Source: Chiloscyllium plagiosum (taxonomy: Eukaryota). From it: a stretch of DNA of 64,000 bases. The notes beneath the pieces are model-generated. The model saw nothing but the letters and a program-made list of their open reading frames with translations, was not told where the DNA came from and did no database searches. Where the stretch lies: NCBI RefSeq assembly GCF_004010195.1, contig NC_057751.1:3594014-3658013 (forward strand), read 5' to 3'. Below, piece after piece: positions 50,658 through 64,000 of this stretch (positions are counted from its first letter, which is position 1; each line of letters begins with the position of its first letter). Made by a program: the position numbers and the translations under genes.

Positions 50658-53600
50658 AACATAGAACATAAACGTTACAGTGCAGGACAGGCCTTTCGGC
50701 CCTCAATGTTGCACCGACCTGCAAAGTTAACCTGATGCCCATCTAATGTTGGCGAGGCCATTCCATGCCCTTAATACTGTCTGAGTAAAGAAACTACCTC
50801 TGATATCTGCCCGAAATCTGTCACCCCTCAATTTAAAGGTATCTCCCCTCATGTTAGCCTTCACGCTCGGAGGAAAAAGGCTCTCACTGTCCATCCTATC
50901 TCACCCTCTGATTATCTGATGCTTTCAGATTAAGTTACCTCTCAACCTTTTCTATTCAACAAAAATAGCCTCAGTTTCCTCAGCCTTTCCACATAAGACC
51001 TTCCTTCCGTACCAGGCAACACAATGTCATAGTCATAGAGATGTACAGCATGGAAACAGACCCTTCGGTCCAACCCGTCCATGCCGACCAGATATCCCAA
51101 CCCAATCTAGTCCCACCTGCCAACACCCGGCCCATATCCCTCCAAACCCTTCCTATTCATATACCCATCCAAATGCCTCTTAAATGTTGCAATTCTACCA
51201 GCCTCCACCACATCCTCTGGCAGCTCAGTCCATACACGTACCACCCTCTGCGTGAAAAAGTTGCCCCTTAGGTCTCTTTTATATCATTCCCCTCTCAGCC
51301 TAAACCTATGCCCTCTAGTTCTGGACTCCCTGACCCCAGGGAAAAGACTTTGTTTATTTACCCTGTCCATGCACCTCATAATTTTATAAACCTCAGTCTC
51401 TGATGCTCCAGGAAAAAAAGCCCCAGCCTGTTCAGCATCTCCCTATAGCTCAAATTCTCCAACCCTGGCAACATCCTTATAAATCTTTCCTGAATCTTTC
51501 AAGTTTCACAACATCTTTCCGATAGGAAGGAGACCAGAATTGCACACAATATTCCAACAGTGGCCTAACCAATATCCTGTATAGCTACAACATGACCTCC
51601 CAACTCCTGGACTCAATACACTGACCAATAAAAGAAAGCATACGAAGCGCCTTCACTATTCTATCGACCTGTGACTCCACTTTCAAGGAGCTATGAACCT
51701 GTACTCCAAGGTTCCTTGTTCAGCAAAACTCCCTAGGACCTTACCATTAAGTGCATAAGTCCTGCTAAGATTTGCTTTCCCAAAATGCAGCACCTCGCAT
51801 TTATCTGAATTAAACTCCATCTGCCACTTCTCAGCCCATTGGCCCATCTGGTCAAGATCCTGTTGTAATCTGAGGTCTCCCTCTTTGCTGTTCACTACAC
51901 TTGCAATTTTAGTGTCATCTGCAAACTTACTAACTGTACTTTTTATGCTCACATCCAAATCATTTATATAAATGATGAAATGTAGTGAACCCAGCACCAA
52001 CCCTTGTGGCACTCTACTGGTCACAGTCCTCCAGTCTGAAAAACAACCCTCCACCACCACCCTCTGTCTTTTACATTTGAACCAGTTCTGTATCCAAACG
52101 GCTAGTTCTCCCTGTATTCCATGAGATCAAACCTTGCTAACCAGTCTCCCATGGGGAATCTTGTCGAACACCTAACTGAAGTCCATATAGATCACATCTA
52201 CTGCACTGCCCTCATCAATCTTCTTTGTTACTTCTTCAAAAAACTCAATTAAGTTTGTGAGACATGATTTCCCACTCACTAAGCCATGTTGACTATCCCT
52301 AATCAGTCCTTGCCTTTCCAAATATATGTACATCCTGTCCCTCAGGATTCCTTCCACAAATTGCCCACCACCAATGTCAGGCTCACTGGTCTGAAGGTCC
52401 CTGGCTTGTCCTTACCACCCTTCTTAAATAGAGGCACCACATTAGCCAACCTCCAGTCTTCTGGCACCTTACCTGTGACGATCGATGATACAAATATCTC
52501 AGCAAGAGGACCAGCAATCACTTGTCTAGCTTCCCACAGAGTTCTAGGGTTCACCTGATCAGGTAGTGGGGATTTATCCACCTTTATGCGTTTCAAGACA
52601 TCCAGCACTTCCTCCCCTGTAATATGGACACTTTTCAAAGTGTTACCATCTATTTCCTTTCAGTCTATATCTTCCACGTCCTTTTCCACAGTAAATACTG
52701 ATGCAAAATACTCGTTTAGTATCTCACCCGCTTTCCGTGGCTCCACACAAAGGCCGCCTTACTGATCTTTGAGGGATCCTATTCTCTTCCTAGTTACCCT
52801 TTTGTCCTTGATGTATTTGTAAAAACCCTTTGGATTCTCCTTAACTCTATTTGCCAAAGCTATCTCATGTCCCCTTTTTGCCCTCCTGATTTTCCTCTTA
52901 AGTATACTCCTACTGCGTTTATACTCTTCTCAGGGTTCACTCGATCTATCCTGTCTATACCTTATATATGCTTCCTTCTTTTTCTTAACCAAACCCTCAA
53001 TTTCTTTAGTCATCCAGTAAATCTCCTCTGAACCCTTTCCAAAGCTTCTGCATTCTTCCTCTAATACGGTGACCAGAACTGCAGGCAATACTCCAGGTGC
53101 GGCCGTACCAGTGTCGTGTACAGGTGAAGCATGACCTTGTGGATCCGAAACTCAATCCCCCTACCAATTAACGCCAACACACCATATGCCTTCTGAACAA
53201 ACCTATCAACCTGGGTGGCATCTTTCAGGGATTCATTCACCTGGACACCGAGATCTCTCTGTTAATCTACACTGCCAAGATTTTTGCCATTAGCCCACTG
53301 TTCTGCATTCCTGTTACTTCTTCCGAAGTGAACTATCTCACACTTTTCTGCATTAAACTCCATTTGCCACTTGTCAGCCCAGCTCTGCATCATATCTATG
53401 TCCCGTTGTAACCCAGAACATCCTTCGGCACTATCCACAACTTTGCCTTACCTTAATGTCATCCACAAACTTACTAACCCATCTTTCTTTGTCCACATCC
53501 AGATCATTTATGAAAATAACAAACAGCAGTGGCCCCAAACAGATCCTTGCAGCATATCACTGGTAACTGAGCTCCAGGATGAACATTTTCCATCAACCAC

Positions 53601-55055
53601 CACCCTCTGTCTTCTTTCAGCTAATCAATTTCTGATCCAAAGCGCTAAAGCACCTTCAATCCTGAAACTCCTTATCTTGTGGAATAGCCTACCATGCGAA
53701 ACCTTATCAAAAGCCTTACTGAAGTCCATATACACCACATCAACCACCTTATACTTTTATCCACCTGTTTGGTCATCTTCTCAAATAACTCAATAAGATT
53801 AGTGAGGCACGACCTACTCTTCACAAAACCATGTTGACAATCCTTAATCAAATTATTCATTTCCAGATGATTATAAATCCAATCTCTTTATAACCTTTTC
53901 CAACACATTACCCACAACCAAAGTAAGACTCACTGGCCTTTAATTACCAGGGTTGGCTCGACTCCCCTTCTTAAACAAGGGAACAACATTTGTTATTCTA
54001 CAGTCTTCTGGCATTACTCCTATCGACAATGATGGCATCACGATTGAAGCAAAAGGCTCAGCAATCGCTTCCCTGGCTTCCCAGAGAATCCAAGGGTAAA
54101 TCCAACCCTGGGTTCTTATCTATTTTCAGATCTTCCAAAATTTCTAAAACCTCCTCTTTGTCAACCTGAATCCTACCCAATTTTATACCCTATATCTCCA
54201 TATTCTCACTAACATCGTCCTTTTCCAATGTGAATACTAATGAAAAGTATTGATTAAGTGCTTCCCTTATGTCCTCAGATTCCACAGACAACTTTCCACT
54301 ATTATCTTTGATTGATCCTATACTTACTCTAGTCATTCTTTTATTCCTGATATACTTATAGAAGGCCTTAGGGTTTTCCTTGATCCTATCCGCCAACAAC
54401 TTCTCATGTCCCCTCCTGGCTCTTAGCCCTTCTTTAGATGTTTACTGGCTAACTTATAACTCTCAACAAAGCTTTCATGCCTCATCCTCACAAAAGCTTT
54501 CCTCTTTCTCTTGACAAGAGCTTCAAATTTAGTAAACCATGGCTCCCTCTCTCGACAACTACCTCCCTGCCTGATACATATATACGTATCAAGGAACCGC
54601 AGTAGCTTTTCCTTGAATAAGCTCCACATTTCAAGAGCGTCCATCCCCTGCAGTTTCCTTCCCCATCCTATGCATCCTAAATCTTGCCTAATCACATCAT
54701 AATTGCCTTCCCCCCAGGGTATTGGTACCCCTCTGGTTCAGGTGAAGACCATCCTGTTTGTAGAGGTCCCACCTTCCCCACAACGAGCTCCAATTATCCA
54801 AGAATCCAAAGCCCTCCTCCTGCACCATCCCTGCAGCCACTGTTCAGCTCCACGCTCTCCCTATTCCTCACTTCACTAGCATGTGGCATGGGCAACAAAC
54901 CAGAGTTAACAACTCTGTTTGTTATAGCTCCAAGCTTTCAACTTAGCTCCCTGAATTTCTGCCTTAGATCTCCAATATTCTTCCTACCAATGTCATTGAT
55001 GCCTATGTGGACCACAACTTGGGTAGCTCCCCCTACCCCTTAAGGATCCCGAAAA
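50658..55055 (-). mobile_element. Long decayed CR1 (3' end, RT, part of ORF1) interrupted by a younger HER1
   Basis: QHGFVKSRSCLTNLIE and IKENPKAFYKYI motifs; sequence breaks at ~51021 and resumes at ~53018. Confidence 0.85.
51027..53017 (-). mobile_element. 5'-truncated HER1/CR1 ORF2 (RT) nested in an older CR1
   Basis: VPQGLVLG, KFADDTK, QHGLVSGKSCLTNL, YMDFS; frameshifts and stops present. Confidence 0.92.
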
Positions 55056-55059
55056 CCCT

Positions 55060-56250
55060 GGCACAAGTTCTTGGACGCAGTTGGAGAGGTCACAATGTCT
55101 CCAGAGAGCAGCCGAGCCTGTCAGGACATGTGAGTGTACGGTTTAAATTTCCTTTAGTTCCTGTTTATCGTCAGTTCCTGGATGCAGTCGGAGAGGTCAT
55201 GAAGTCTCCAGGGAGCAGCAGAGCCTGTTGGGATACGTGAGCACAACGTTTAAATTTCTTTTAGTTCTGGATTTTCTTCAGTTCCTGGATGCAGTCAGAG
55301 AGGTCATGAGGTCACATATATGGGCAGTTGCTTTACCCAAAACACGACTCGGGTAGTGTCTCGCACCCACCCTCCTCCTCTTACCAAAACAAAATCTGTG
55401 CATTGGTTGGTAAGGTGACAAGTATTTTCTTTCATGTTTCATTTGTTTTTTTTTCCAGCAGTCTATTTGGGAATTTAGATTAGTGGGATTGGAGATTAGG
55501 GCAATTGAATGTTCCTCCTGCATTATGTGGGAGGTAAGGGTCACTAGTGTCCCTGCTGACTTCATTTGTAGGAAGTGCACCCAATTCCAGCTCCTCGAGG
55601 ACCGTGTTAGGGAATTGGAGTTGGTACTGGAGGAACTTCGGATCATTCAGGAGGTGGAGGGGGTTATTGAGAGGAGTTACAGGGAGGTAGTTACTCCGCA
55701 GCCACGTGAAGAAGGTGGATGGGTTACCATCAGGGGTAGGAAAGGGAACCGGCAGGCAGTGCAGGGATCTCCTGTGGTGGTTCCCCTCGTCAAGTATACT
55801 GCTTTGGATATTGTTGAGGGGGACGACTTACCAAGTCATTCTGTCCCTGTTACTCAGAAGGGAAGGAGGAAGAGATAGTTAAGGGGACAGATAGGAGGTT
55901 TTGTGGGAACAAGAGAGACTCATGATTGGTGAGTTGCTTCCCAGGTGCCAGGGTTCATGATGTCTCTTACCTTTTGGGCAGCAAGGATCTCTTATTGCAA
56001 TTGTACAGGACCTTGGTGAGAGTATTGTGTGCAGTTTCGGTCTCCTTCTGTAAGGAAGAATGTTCTGGCTATGCAGGGAGTGCAAAGAAGGTTTACCAGA
56101 CTGATTCCTGAAACAGCAGGACTGACATATGAAGGGAGACTGGATCAGTGAGGTCTAGACTTTAGAAGAAATGGTGGGGGATGTCATAGAAACTGATAAA
56201 ATGCTTACAGGATGAGAAAGGTTGAATGCCGGAAGGATATTCCCAATGAA
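55060..56250 (+). mobile_element. Internally deleted CR1: 5'UTR + ORF1 (zinc finger/leucine zipper, esterase start) fused to ORF2 3' end
   Basis: CSSCIMWE...FICRKC...LEDRVRELELVLEEL; VSCFPGARVHDV runs directly into KDLLLQLYRTLVR at ~55970. Confidence 0.85.
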
Positions 56251-56252
56251 TA

Positions 56253-57294
56253 GAGTTAAAAATCACACTAGGTGATAGTCCAACAAGTTTATTTGGAAGC
56301 ACTAGCTGCTGAAATGCTGCTCCTTCATCAGGTGGTTGTGGAGTATAAGATCGTAGGCACAGAATTTATAACAAAAGTTTACGGTGTGATGCAACTGAAA
56401 TTATATATTGAAAAATACCTAGATTATTTGTTAAGTCTCTCATCTTTTAGAAAGACCATGTTGGTTTCAGTTCTTTCACATGTAAATCCTTAAACATTTT
56501 TGAAAAAGCTACATTCTCAAGTGAACTTTAACAACAGGTGCCAAGTCAGCTCAGATAATGCATTGAAGGTGTGAGGTTCCCTGTGTGAGCCTGTGTCCCA
56601 ACATTCAGACTGAATCTATTTCCAAAAAATAGATTTACAGAATCTTACATGGATTCATGCAGTTTTTGAGCAAAATAAAATTCTGCAAGTACAAATTCAC
56701 CCCACAAACTGTGTGCACGTGCATGTGGGTGTGGGTGGATGTGGGGGGTTTGAGCGTCTGTGAAAGAGCATGTGTATGTGTATCTGTGTCTGAACACTTT
56801 CATTCTCCCTCCCACTCCGCCAAGGACATGCAGGTCCTAGGCCTCCTCCACCCCGAAACCCTGACCACCCGACACTTGGAGGAAGAAGACCTGATCTTCT
56901 GCCTTGGGACCCTCCAACCACATAGAATCAATGTGGATTTCACCAGTTTCCTCAATTCACACCTTCGCCCAGATCCAACCTTCCAACTCAGCACTGCCCT
57001 CTTGACCTATCCTACCTCTCCATCTTCCTTCCCACCAATCCACCCCACCCTCCTCTCTGATCTATCGCCTTCACCCCCATCTTCATCGCCCTATCGCATT
57101 CTCTCTTCCTCCAGCCCCACTCCCTCCCATTTATCTCTCGGCCCCCTTCAGCCACCCCCTCATTCCTGATGAAGAGCACACATTCAGAATGTTGATTCTC
57201 CTGTTCCTCAGACGCAGCCTGACTGGTTGTGCTTTTCCAGCACCATACTCTTCGACTCAGATCTCCAGCATCTGCAGTGTTTACTTTCTCCCAG
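56253..57294. mobile_element. Two adjacent Penelope-like remnants (- 56253-56740, + 56785-57294)
   Basis: First matches the 16507/27490 family; second encodes EHFHSPSHSAKDMQVLGL...LEEEDLIFCLGTLQPHRINVDF. Confidence 0.8.
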
Positions 57295-57393
57295 TCAATT
57301 CATTTCCTACTTCTGTCTGTTCTTTGCTTTCATCTCATCAAATTGTTTTCTATCTGTTGCAATATTGAGGTTGTAAGATTGTTATGTTCGTAC

Positions 57394-57648
57394 GTGGTAC
57401 GATGGCTCAGTGGTTAACACTGTGTCTGAGTGGGTTTCCTCTGGGCCCTCCAGTTTTGTCCCACAGTCCAAAGATGTGCAGATTCAGTGGATTGGCTGTG
57501 CTAAATTGCCACAGTGTCCAGAGATGTGCAGGTTAGGTGGGTTAGCTATGGGAAATGTGGGGTTGCAAGGGATATGGTTAGGGTGGTGGGTCTGGGTGGA
57601 TTTGATGGACCAAATGGCCTGTTTCCATGCTGTAGATACTGTATGATT
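57394..57648 (+). mobile_element. Deleted HE1 SINE
   Basis: TGGCTCAGTGGTTAACACTG head, core and tail. Confidence 0.75.
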
Positions 57649-57715
57649 TTATATGCCTGTTTAATTTTCAGGTGAAGGAGTCCATCTGTTGTGTGCCAAA
57701 TACTGCTCATCTTAC

Positions 57716-57763
57716 GGCAATAAGAGACCCAAGTCCAAGAACTTGTCGGGCACATTCTCACAT
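57716..57763 (-). CDS. Candidate 48-nt symmetric exon, unassigned
   Basis: CTCTCTGGCCCTTTGTCGCAG| and GCC|GTAAGA; two open frames (CENVPDKFLDLGLLLP or VRMCPTSSWTWVSYC). Confidence 0.3.
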
Positions 57764-57814
57764 CTGCGACAAAGGGCCAGAGAGGTTGGGGGGGCGGGGG
57801 TGGGTGGTGATTGG

Positions 57815-57845
57815 GTGTGTGTGTGCGCGCACGCATGTGTGTGTG
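57815..57845. repeat. Alternating purine-pyrimidine (TG/CG) tract
   Basis: GTGTGTGTGTGCGCGCACGCATGTGTGTGTG. Confidence 0.85.
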
Positions 57846-60800
57846 ACAAGATGATGTCCTCCTGGTGGTCTGCCAAGCAGAATGTGGGAGAAGATATGGA
57901 GAGACTCAAACAGTGAAACTGAAGAAACTTAGAAGATTCAACCTGATGTGGCTAGGGGACAGGCAATTGCTGCAACAGGCCTAACTACTGAAAATCAAGG
58001 ATTTGTGGGGAATCAAGAGAAGAACCTTTTGATGGTCAATCGATTTACAACTCGGTGAAACTGGTCAAGGTAAACCTGTTTGAAGATAAGGATGATGTTG
58101 GACTGATGTGTAAACTCTAACTCCTTATATAGTAAACAGTGAAATGTAACTGAAACATAAAATATGAGAGTCAAGTCAAAAGTTAACATGGGGGATTCTT
58201 TCTGTAGTTTGAAATAAAATATTTGTACAAAAAGGAAAGAGTGTTTTGTCAAGAGTATGTTTTGAGTCATTTGTTTCAGTATAAGTTTCGAAAACTACAA
58301 CATTTTGTGTGGTAATTCTTTCAGCTGCAACAGGGTATTCAAATCTCTTCTGAAAAGTTATCAGTCTCGACGGAGATCATACATTATTTTTGAAATTTGC
58401 AAATAAGTTGATGACAAAGATCAGACAACGGATTTGATCAGTAGGTGGTATTTAGTATCACTGTTGAGTGCAATGAAGTGTCACTAAACTAAGTTTCTCC
58501 GTGGGGTCCTCCAGAATGCAAATGCATCCATTGCACCAATTTAACAAATAAATGTGTAAATACTGCATGTTCCAATATGACACAAAGAAATTTTACTGAA
58601 GAATTATGCCATTGCCCAGGAGGAATCATGTAAATCATGTTTCCATGGAAACAAGGCATTTGAAAACAGGTCTGTGAAGGCATTAAAGAGTTTGGCATCA
58701 TATCTCACCCTACCTTCAAATCAGACAATAATGAACAAGAAGATGCGGGTTTTAACTTACTTGGGACTACTGAGGAGTGAGACAAAACTAAGTGACGGAA
58801 TACAAACATTTAAAAATTTGTCGCAGCAAACCTCATTATAATGCTCTTTGATAAGTTCTTGTCAATCACTCTGATTTTTGTGTCAATAAAAATATAATTT
58901 ATTAAATTTTTCTGATTGGCCAGAATTGTAAGTAAAAGGGTGAGGACAGAGATGCTATTAATCTCAAATAAAAAAACTGAGAATTCAAGAAAAACACAGC
59001 AGGTCTCTCAGCTTCTGAAAGAGAAAGGTGAGAGCTTTCATTAAACACAATATTACAGACAGGCTGAAAAGGACTTGGCTACAGAGCAGCAAAGGGAATA
59101 CACAGCGTTGAGAAATCTGTAAACCAATGAAAATTGGAATAATTTTAACAAAGGTGAAAGCATCCGAGAAAGTTATAAAAAGGTACACAGCGAGTAATAT
59201 AACTACTTATCCCTGCAGTGAGCTTCTGGTTAGGATTCACAAGAACGCTCACTGTGACTAGCAATGACCTTTGCATATCCCTGCAAATTTGTTTGACAAT
59301 GATCTTACTTGGCATCTTCAAAGTTGGATGCATTGCATAATGTTCAGAAAATCATGCCACTGAGAAATTTAGAAGCATGAAGAAAATTGAACTAACGATA
59401 CTAGATACAACTGTGTAAATGTTAATGTAAACTCCCATTCCTCCATCATGAACACATTTTTTCTGATGAATGAATCTGATTTTTCAGTACCTTCTGGCAG
59501 TAACAGCACATTTTCAGAGCTTGAATGTCACATTGTAGGATGATATTAACATTGATCCAATTTCACAAATTAAAATCTTTTTATTACAGCATGTTGGGAT
59601 CATCGTTTATTTTCAGTGACAAGTATCCCCATTGCATATACCCATTGCAAGAAGTATTGCCAGAGAGAACCACAGTTTTAAACTGATGTTCACAATGATC
59701 TAATTTGTCAAGTACAAAGAAGTAAATACATTATGTAGAATTTACAATACTGTTTCAGGCCATTTGGTCCAAATGATCAATGGTGACATTGGTCCTTCAT
59801 ACCTCCTACCTCTCATCTAACCAGATGAATATATTCTTCACTTGTGTTCCTCATAGATTTTTTTGGCTGCCTCTTAAATGTCTACAATTGAAATTATTTC
59901 ATGTGATCCTCAGTATCGACTCGAAGTACCATCTAATTAAGTTTCTCATTAATCCATCAGGAGATTTTAGTGGTGAGTATCTTGAAATAATTGTCCCTAA
60001 ATTTGAAGTTCCTTCTAAGTGTCAATTTCTCTTCATCAATGCGATTGAATCCATAGTTGCGAGATCCATAAAAGATCATCACTCACACTTGGTTTATATG
60101 AAGAAAAATACACCAGCCTGTTGAATATTTAGAAACGTAAGTATGGAGCAAATCCAGCTAAGATATGAATTTGTACAATTTGCCATTCTTGGCTGGTTTG
60201 GCTGGAAAGGTAGAAACAATGGGCCACATTTTCTGATGAGTGGCAATCAGATGCAGGTTTCCATTCTGATTTTTTATACAGAGAGAAAGAACTCTGCATT
60301 TCAGACAGAATATTCAGACTTATTTTAAATCTGACAAGTCCCTTGTCGCGCAGGACAGTCTGGGGAAGGCAAACCAAATTCCGTTTTTCACAGCAGTCAG
60401 TTGCTGCATTTTGTGATTTAAAGATCCAGAATCACAGACAGCCATTTTAACTGTTGCTGTAAAAGGTTAAGTACAGAGGTCAGTGTAGGATTTGGGTGCT
60501 CGGATGACAGGGTGCCAAATGAGCTAGTGACAGGGTAGAAGGGGGCACAATAAGTAAATGAATGTCTAGCTTAGGTCCAGTGGTTGGGATATATTGGGTC
60601 TGCAGGGATTGTTGGACTCTATTTTAAAGGGGGGAGGGGCGCGGTGAAGGTGGGGTATATTCAGATCTGGCAGCGAAATATCCAAGTGGGGAGTCAGGTC
60701 CAGCAGCAAGTGGAAAAGACTTTAGATAACAGGGCCAAAGAATAAAAGGGGTTGTTGAGGGCCATACTGGCGTCGTGATAGTGTCACTACTTCTGAGCCA

Positions 60801-61274
60801 GGATGCCCAGATTGAAGTCTCAGTTGTTCCAGAGAACTGTAATCGCATCTCTGAACAGGCTGATCAAAAAATTTCGAGAGGATGCTGCTGGGTCAACATG
60901 TAGTTGGGGGTGTTGTGGTAAATTGAGGGTAAATTGAAAAGGTACTCAGGAATTAGCCTTAAAAATCTAAGTTTTCCTGAGTAACTATTTAATGACATGT
61001 GATGAAACCCTCTAAACTTCCAAAGTTAAATTGATTATTTTGGACAGTTCCAGGTGTAGGAAATTGCCAAGCAGAATCTTCAAATTTCCAGGCAGGTCAG
61101 CTACACTGGCTTTTCTCAGAGATGCCATGTGCAATTCTCATCTGTGCTGGAGAAACCATTAAGTGGTGTTTGGAAAATCCAGGCCAATATTCCCTCATCG
61201 AGTGGTAAAGCAAAAAAATAAGGTACTCTCTGACAAAGTCTGGTGATGTTTACACTTCTGTTTTGGCAAAGAGG

Positions 61275-61713
61275 TTCATAGCTCCTTGAAAGTAGAGTCG
61301 CAGGTAGATAGGATAGTGAAAAAGGCATTAGATATGCTTTCTTTTATTGGTCAGAGTATTGAGTTCAGCAGTTGGGAGGTCACGTTGCGGCTGTACAGGA
61401 CATTGGTTTGGCCACTGTTGGAATATTGCATGCAATGCTGGTCTCCTTCCTATCGAAAAGATGTTGGGAAACTTGAAAGGGTTCAGAAAAGATTTACAAG
61501 GATGTTGCCAGGGTTGGAGGATTTGAGCTACAGTGGTGGAGGCTGGTACAATTGCAACATTTAAGAGGCATTTGGATGGTTATATGAATAGGAAGTATTT
61601 GGAGGGATATGGGCCGGGTGCTGGCAGGTGGGATTAGATTGGGTTGGGATATCTGGTCAGCATGGACGGGTTGAACTGAAGGGTCTGTTTACATGCTGTA
61701 CATCTCTATGACT
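61275..61713 (+). mobile_element. HER1/CR1 3' end with internal deletion at ~61532
   Basis: LYRTLVWPLLEYC...RFTRMLPGLEDLSY, then a jump to the final segment and CTATGACT tail. Confidence 0.9.
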
Positions 61714-64000
61714 CGAAATCATTTCCAAAAAGGTGAAATATTGCTACTTACTGGGGAAGGCTATATTGTTTACGCACATAACCTGTTACACACCAGTAAT
61801 GCAATTTGAACTAAATGTGACATGCACCTTCATATTTAAAGCCACAAAGTCACCTCATGTGGGCACCTCACTCAACTGAGCCCACACTAAGACTGTCTGC
61901 AAAGACTATTTCTAAAATTCTTGACAGGCCATTTATTGCAGTGATTAAATCAACTGACATTCTCTGTGTTCATCGCCTACATTCGCTCAGTAGTTTCTTC
62001 ATTAAGCAGAGCAAATTCATCACAAGATGAGTCTGCAGCTCATCTATACCAAAAAGAGTAATCTCTGTCTTACAAGCATAATAACAGCAACACATAATAC
62101 TGGTGATTGCAATGAAACATCCTTAACTAGCTGTTCTCTCACAGATAAATTATATTCCCTTTTATTATCTGCCTAACAATGGTGGCCTTCCACTCTAAAA
62201 AATATACAGGAGATGCAAGGTCTGTCATTTCTATAGTGGTAGTTTCTCATGATCCAGGCTTGTTTGTGACTCTAATTCAGGCATTCACCACTGAATTTCT
62301 AAAGTAAAAGAGTCTGTGATATAATTGCAATAATCAAGGTGGCCTTGGCTTCAGTTCTTAGGAAATGGAGCGGCCACCTTTGACAGACGATTCCCCACAG
62401 AGACGAGTTTAATTCTCAGCAGGGCCAACTGGTGAAGGCTTTGACAGGCATCATGATGCTTCTCCACAGGGATAAGTTGAAAATTGGCAGAATAAGACTT
62501 TTGCTCGTTCACCTGTGGCTGCGTCCAAGAAACATTCATACAGTCTCCAAATTAGATATAGGTGTCCTTGGAGATGGAGATTTCAAAAGCAACTTCCAGT
62601 CAGCAAGTTTACCTTTAAAATACATGCGCACAATACGAAATGCAAAGTTAAGAAAATAATAAAAATAAAGGAATCATTGGAACTTCTCTAAAAGTGCAGC
62701 TCACAAACACAAACAGGATTTTACAGTCTTGCTCACAGCAGTAATGACACCACAACTTCAGCAATTTTACCTCATCTCCCTCAGGACTACAGAGTGTATT
62801 CCAGCTGACAAAACTTTCTTTCTTTAAAGCATGCCAGTCTGGTCTCCATGAACAGTATGCGGTAAGTTTGCAAATTTGTGCTGCAGTTTTGAATCGTCAC
62901 TTGCTGGGAACGCATGTTAGGAGTTTGGTTACATTTCTGTGATAATTTTTCATCAATTAATTCCGAATTCAGAAAATTACACATAAATTGTAAACATTCC
63001 TGAGCCAAAACAACTGTCTACATTTGTGGAAAACCCATTTTACACCTGACATTTCCTGATTCTATCGCACATTTTACGCTGATTTATCTTGCAAATGATC
63101 TGATTTTTGCTGGGTTACTTCCAACATCCTTTTCTTTTGGAAAGGGTTGGATGCCAGTTTCCTTACAAGTGCAAACCTGAAACTGTTACTCTCTGTCACT
63201 GTGAGTGAATTAATCTCAACCTCACTACATTATGTGTGGAATACACAGAGATTTCCCAATACTTCGCCTGTCAATCTGGAAGGGAGGAAATATTCATCAT
63301 TGACCAGATATAATTGCAAAATATAACTCACAAAAACAGAAAATTCACTGAATTAACTTGTGACAAGTTTAATAATGTTTTGCTTTCAAACGTGAAGTGA
63401 TTCCTCAAAGAGTCCAATCTTCCCATATCATTCTGGGGAGGACTTTTTAAGTGCTTCATGTACAGTCATGATAAACAGGAAAAGACCAACTAACCTATAT
63501 CAGCTTGACCTGTGCAGCCGCTTACCCCATTGCATCAACCTGGACTTTTAGCTGCACACAGGACAGGTCTGACCCCCACAGCATTTATCCACATGATTGC
63601 TCTACATGTCAAAATGCCTTCCTTTTTAACCCTTAAACAAAACATGTAAACAAAATGTTAATTATCTAATGAAATAAAAAAGCTCCAGTGAGATGGCACC
63701 TGGAATCTTGTAATCTACACTATACTCGGGGGAACTGGGGCATAAAATCACAAACAATGCCAGAGTCAAAAGAGTTGAATTCAAAGGAGAGAGTGCATAT
63801 TCACTTGTACGTCTTCAGTGCAGAAAATTAAGACTAGAGCTTACTGAAATATTTAAATGATTGAAGGACTTAAGAGGGAAGAGAAAAAAGGCTATATTTT
63901 CTGCAGTAAGGACAGAGGGGTGGGTTGGGATCATCTGGAACAAGGGTTTCTGAAATTAACTTCAAATTGGAGATGTGATGACGTCAGGAAGGTCTTTTCA

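Noticed and set aside
51683..52638. Functional reverse transcriptase gene
   Set aside because: Broken by frameshifts and stops, and 5'-truncated.
62351..62940. Cytokine-receptor/FN3-like peptides (CSWRP, NVSWTQP) on the minus strand, and a plus-strand exon-like segment at 62785-62861
   Set aside because: In-frame stops and incompatible phases; the motifs are too short to support a call.

Overview
Eukaryotic, repeat-rich, mostly non-coding DNA from a cartilaginous fish, most likely a shark. The assignment rests on HE1-type tRNA-derived SINEs whose 3' tail is shared with HER1/CR1 LINEs and on a SacSINE1-like Deu-domain SINE. I recognise no intact protein-coding gene, rRNA, tRNA or CRISPR array. 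Most ORFs in the track are decayed retroelements (CR1/HER1, Rex-Babar, Penelope-like GIY-YIG, Harbinger-type Myb/SANT) or artefacts of a stop-free minisatellite. Highlights: (1) a ~4.3 kb 31-bp minisatellite between pogo/Tigger-like TIRs, with a 1085-bp higher-order duplication and a ~290-bp unique insert that looks like a terminal exon; (2) many degenerate minimal hammerhead-ribozyme motifs from several Penelope-like families; (3) tiny Penelope-end insertions with 9-16 bp target-site duplications (TSDs), some internally inverted; (4) a ~265-bp fold-back with a perfect core; (5) unassigned candidate exons, including a minus-strand cluster that could encode a membrane-protein C-terminus. Repeat family names come from recognition, not a database search, and repeat boundaries are approximate.
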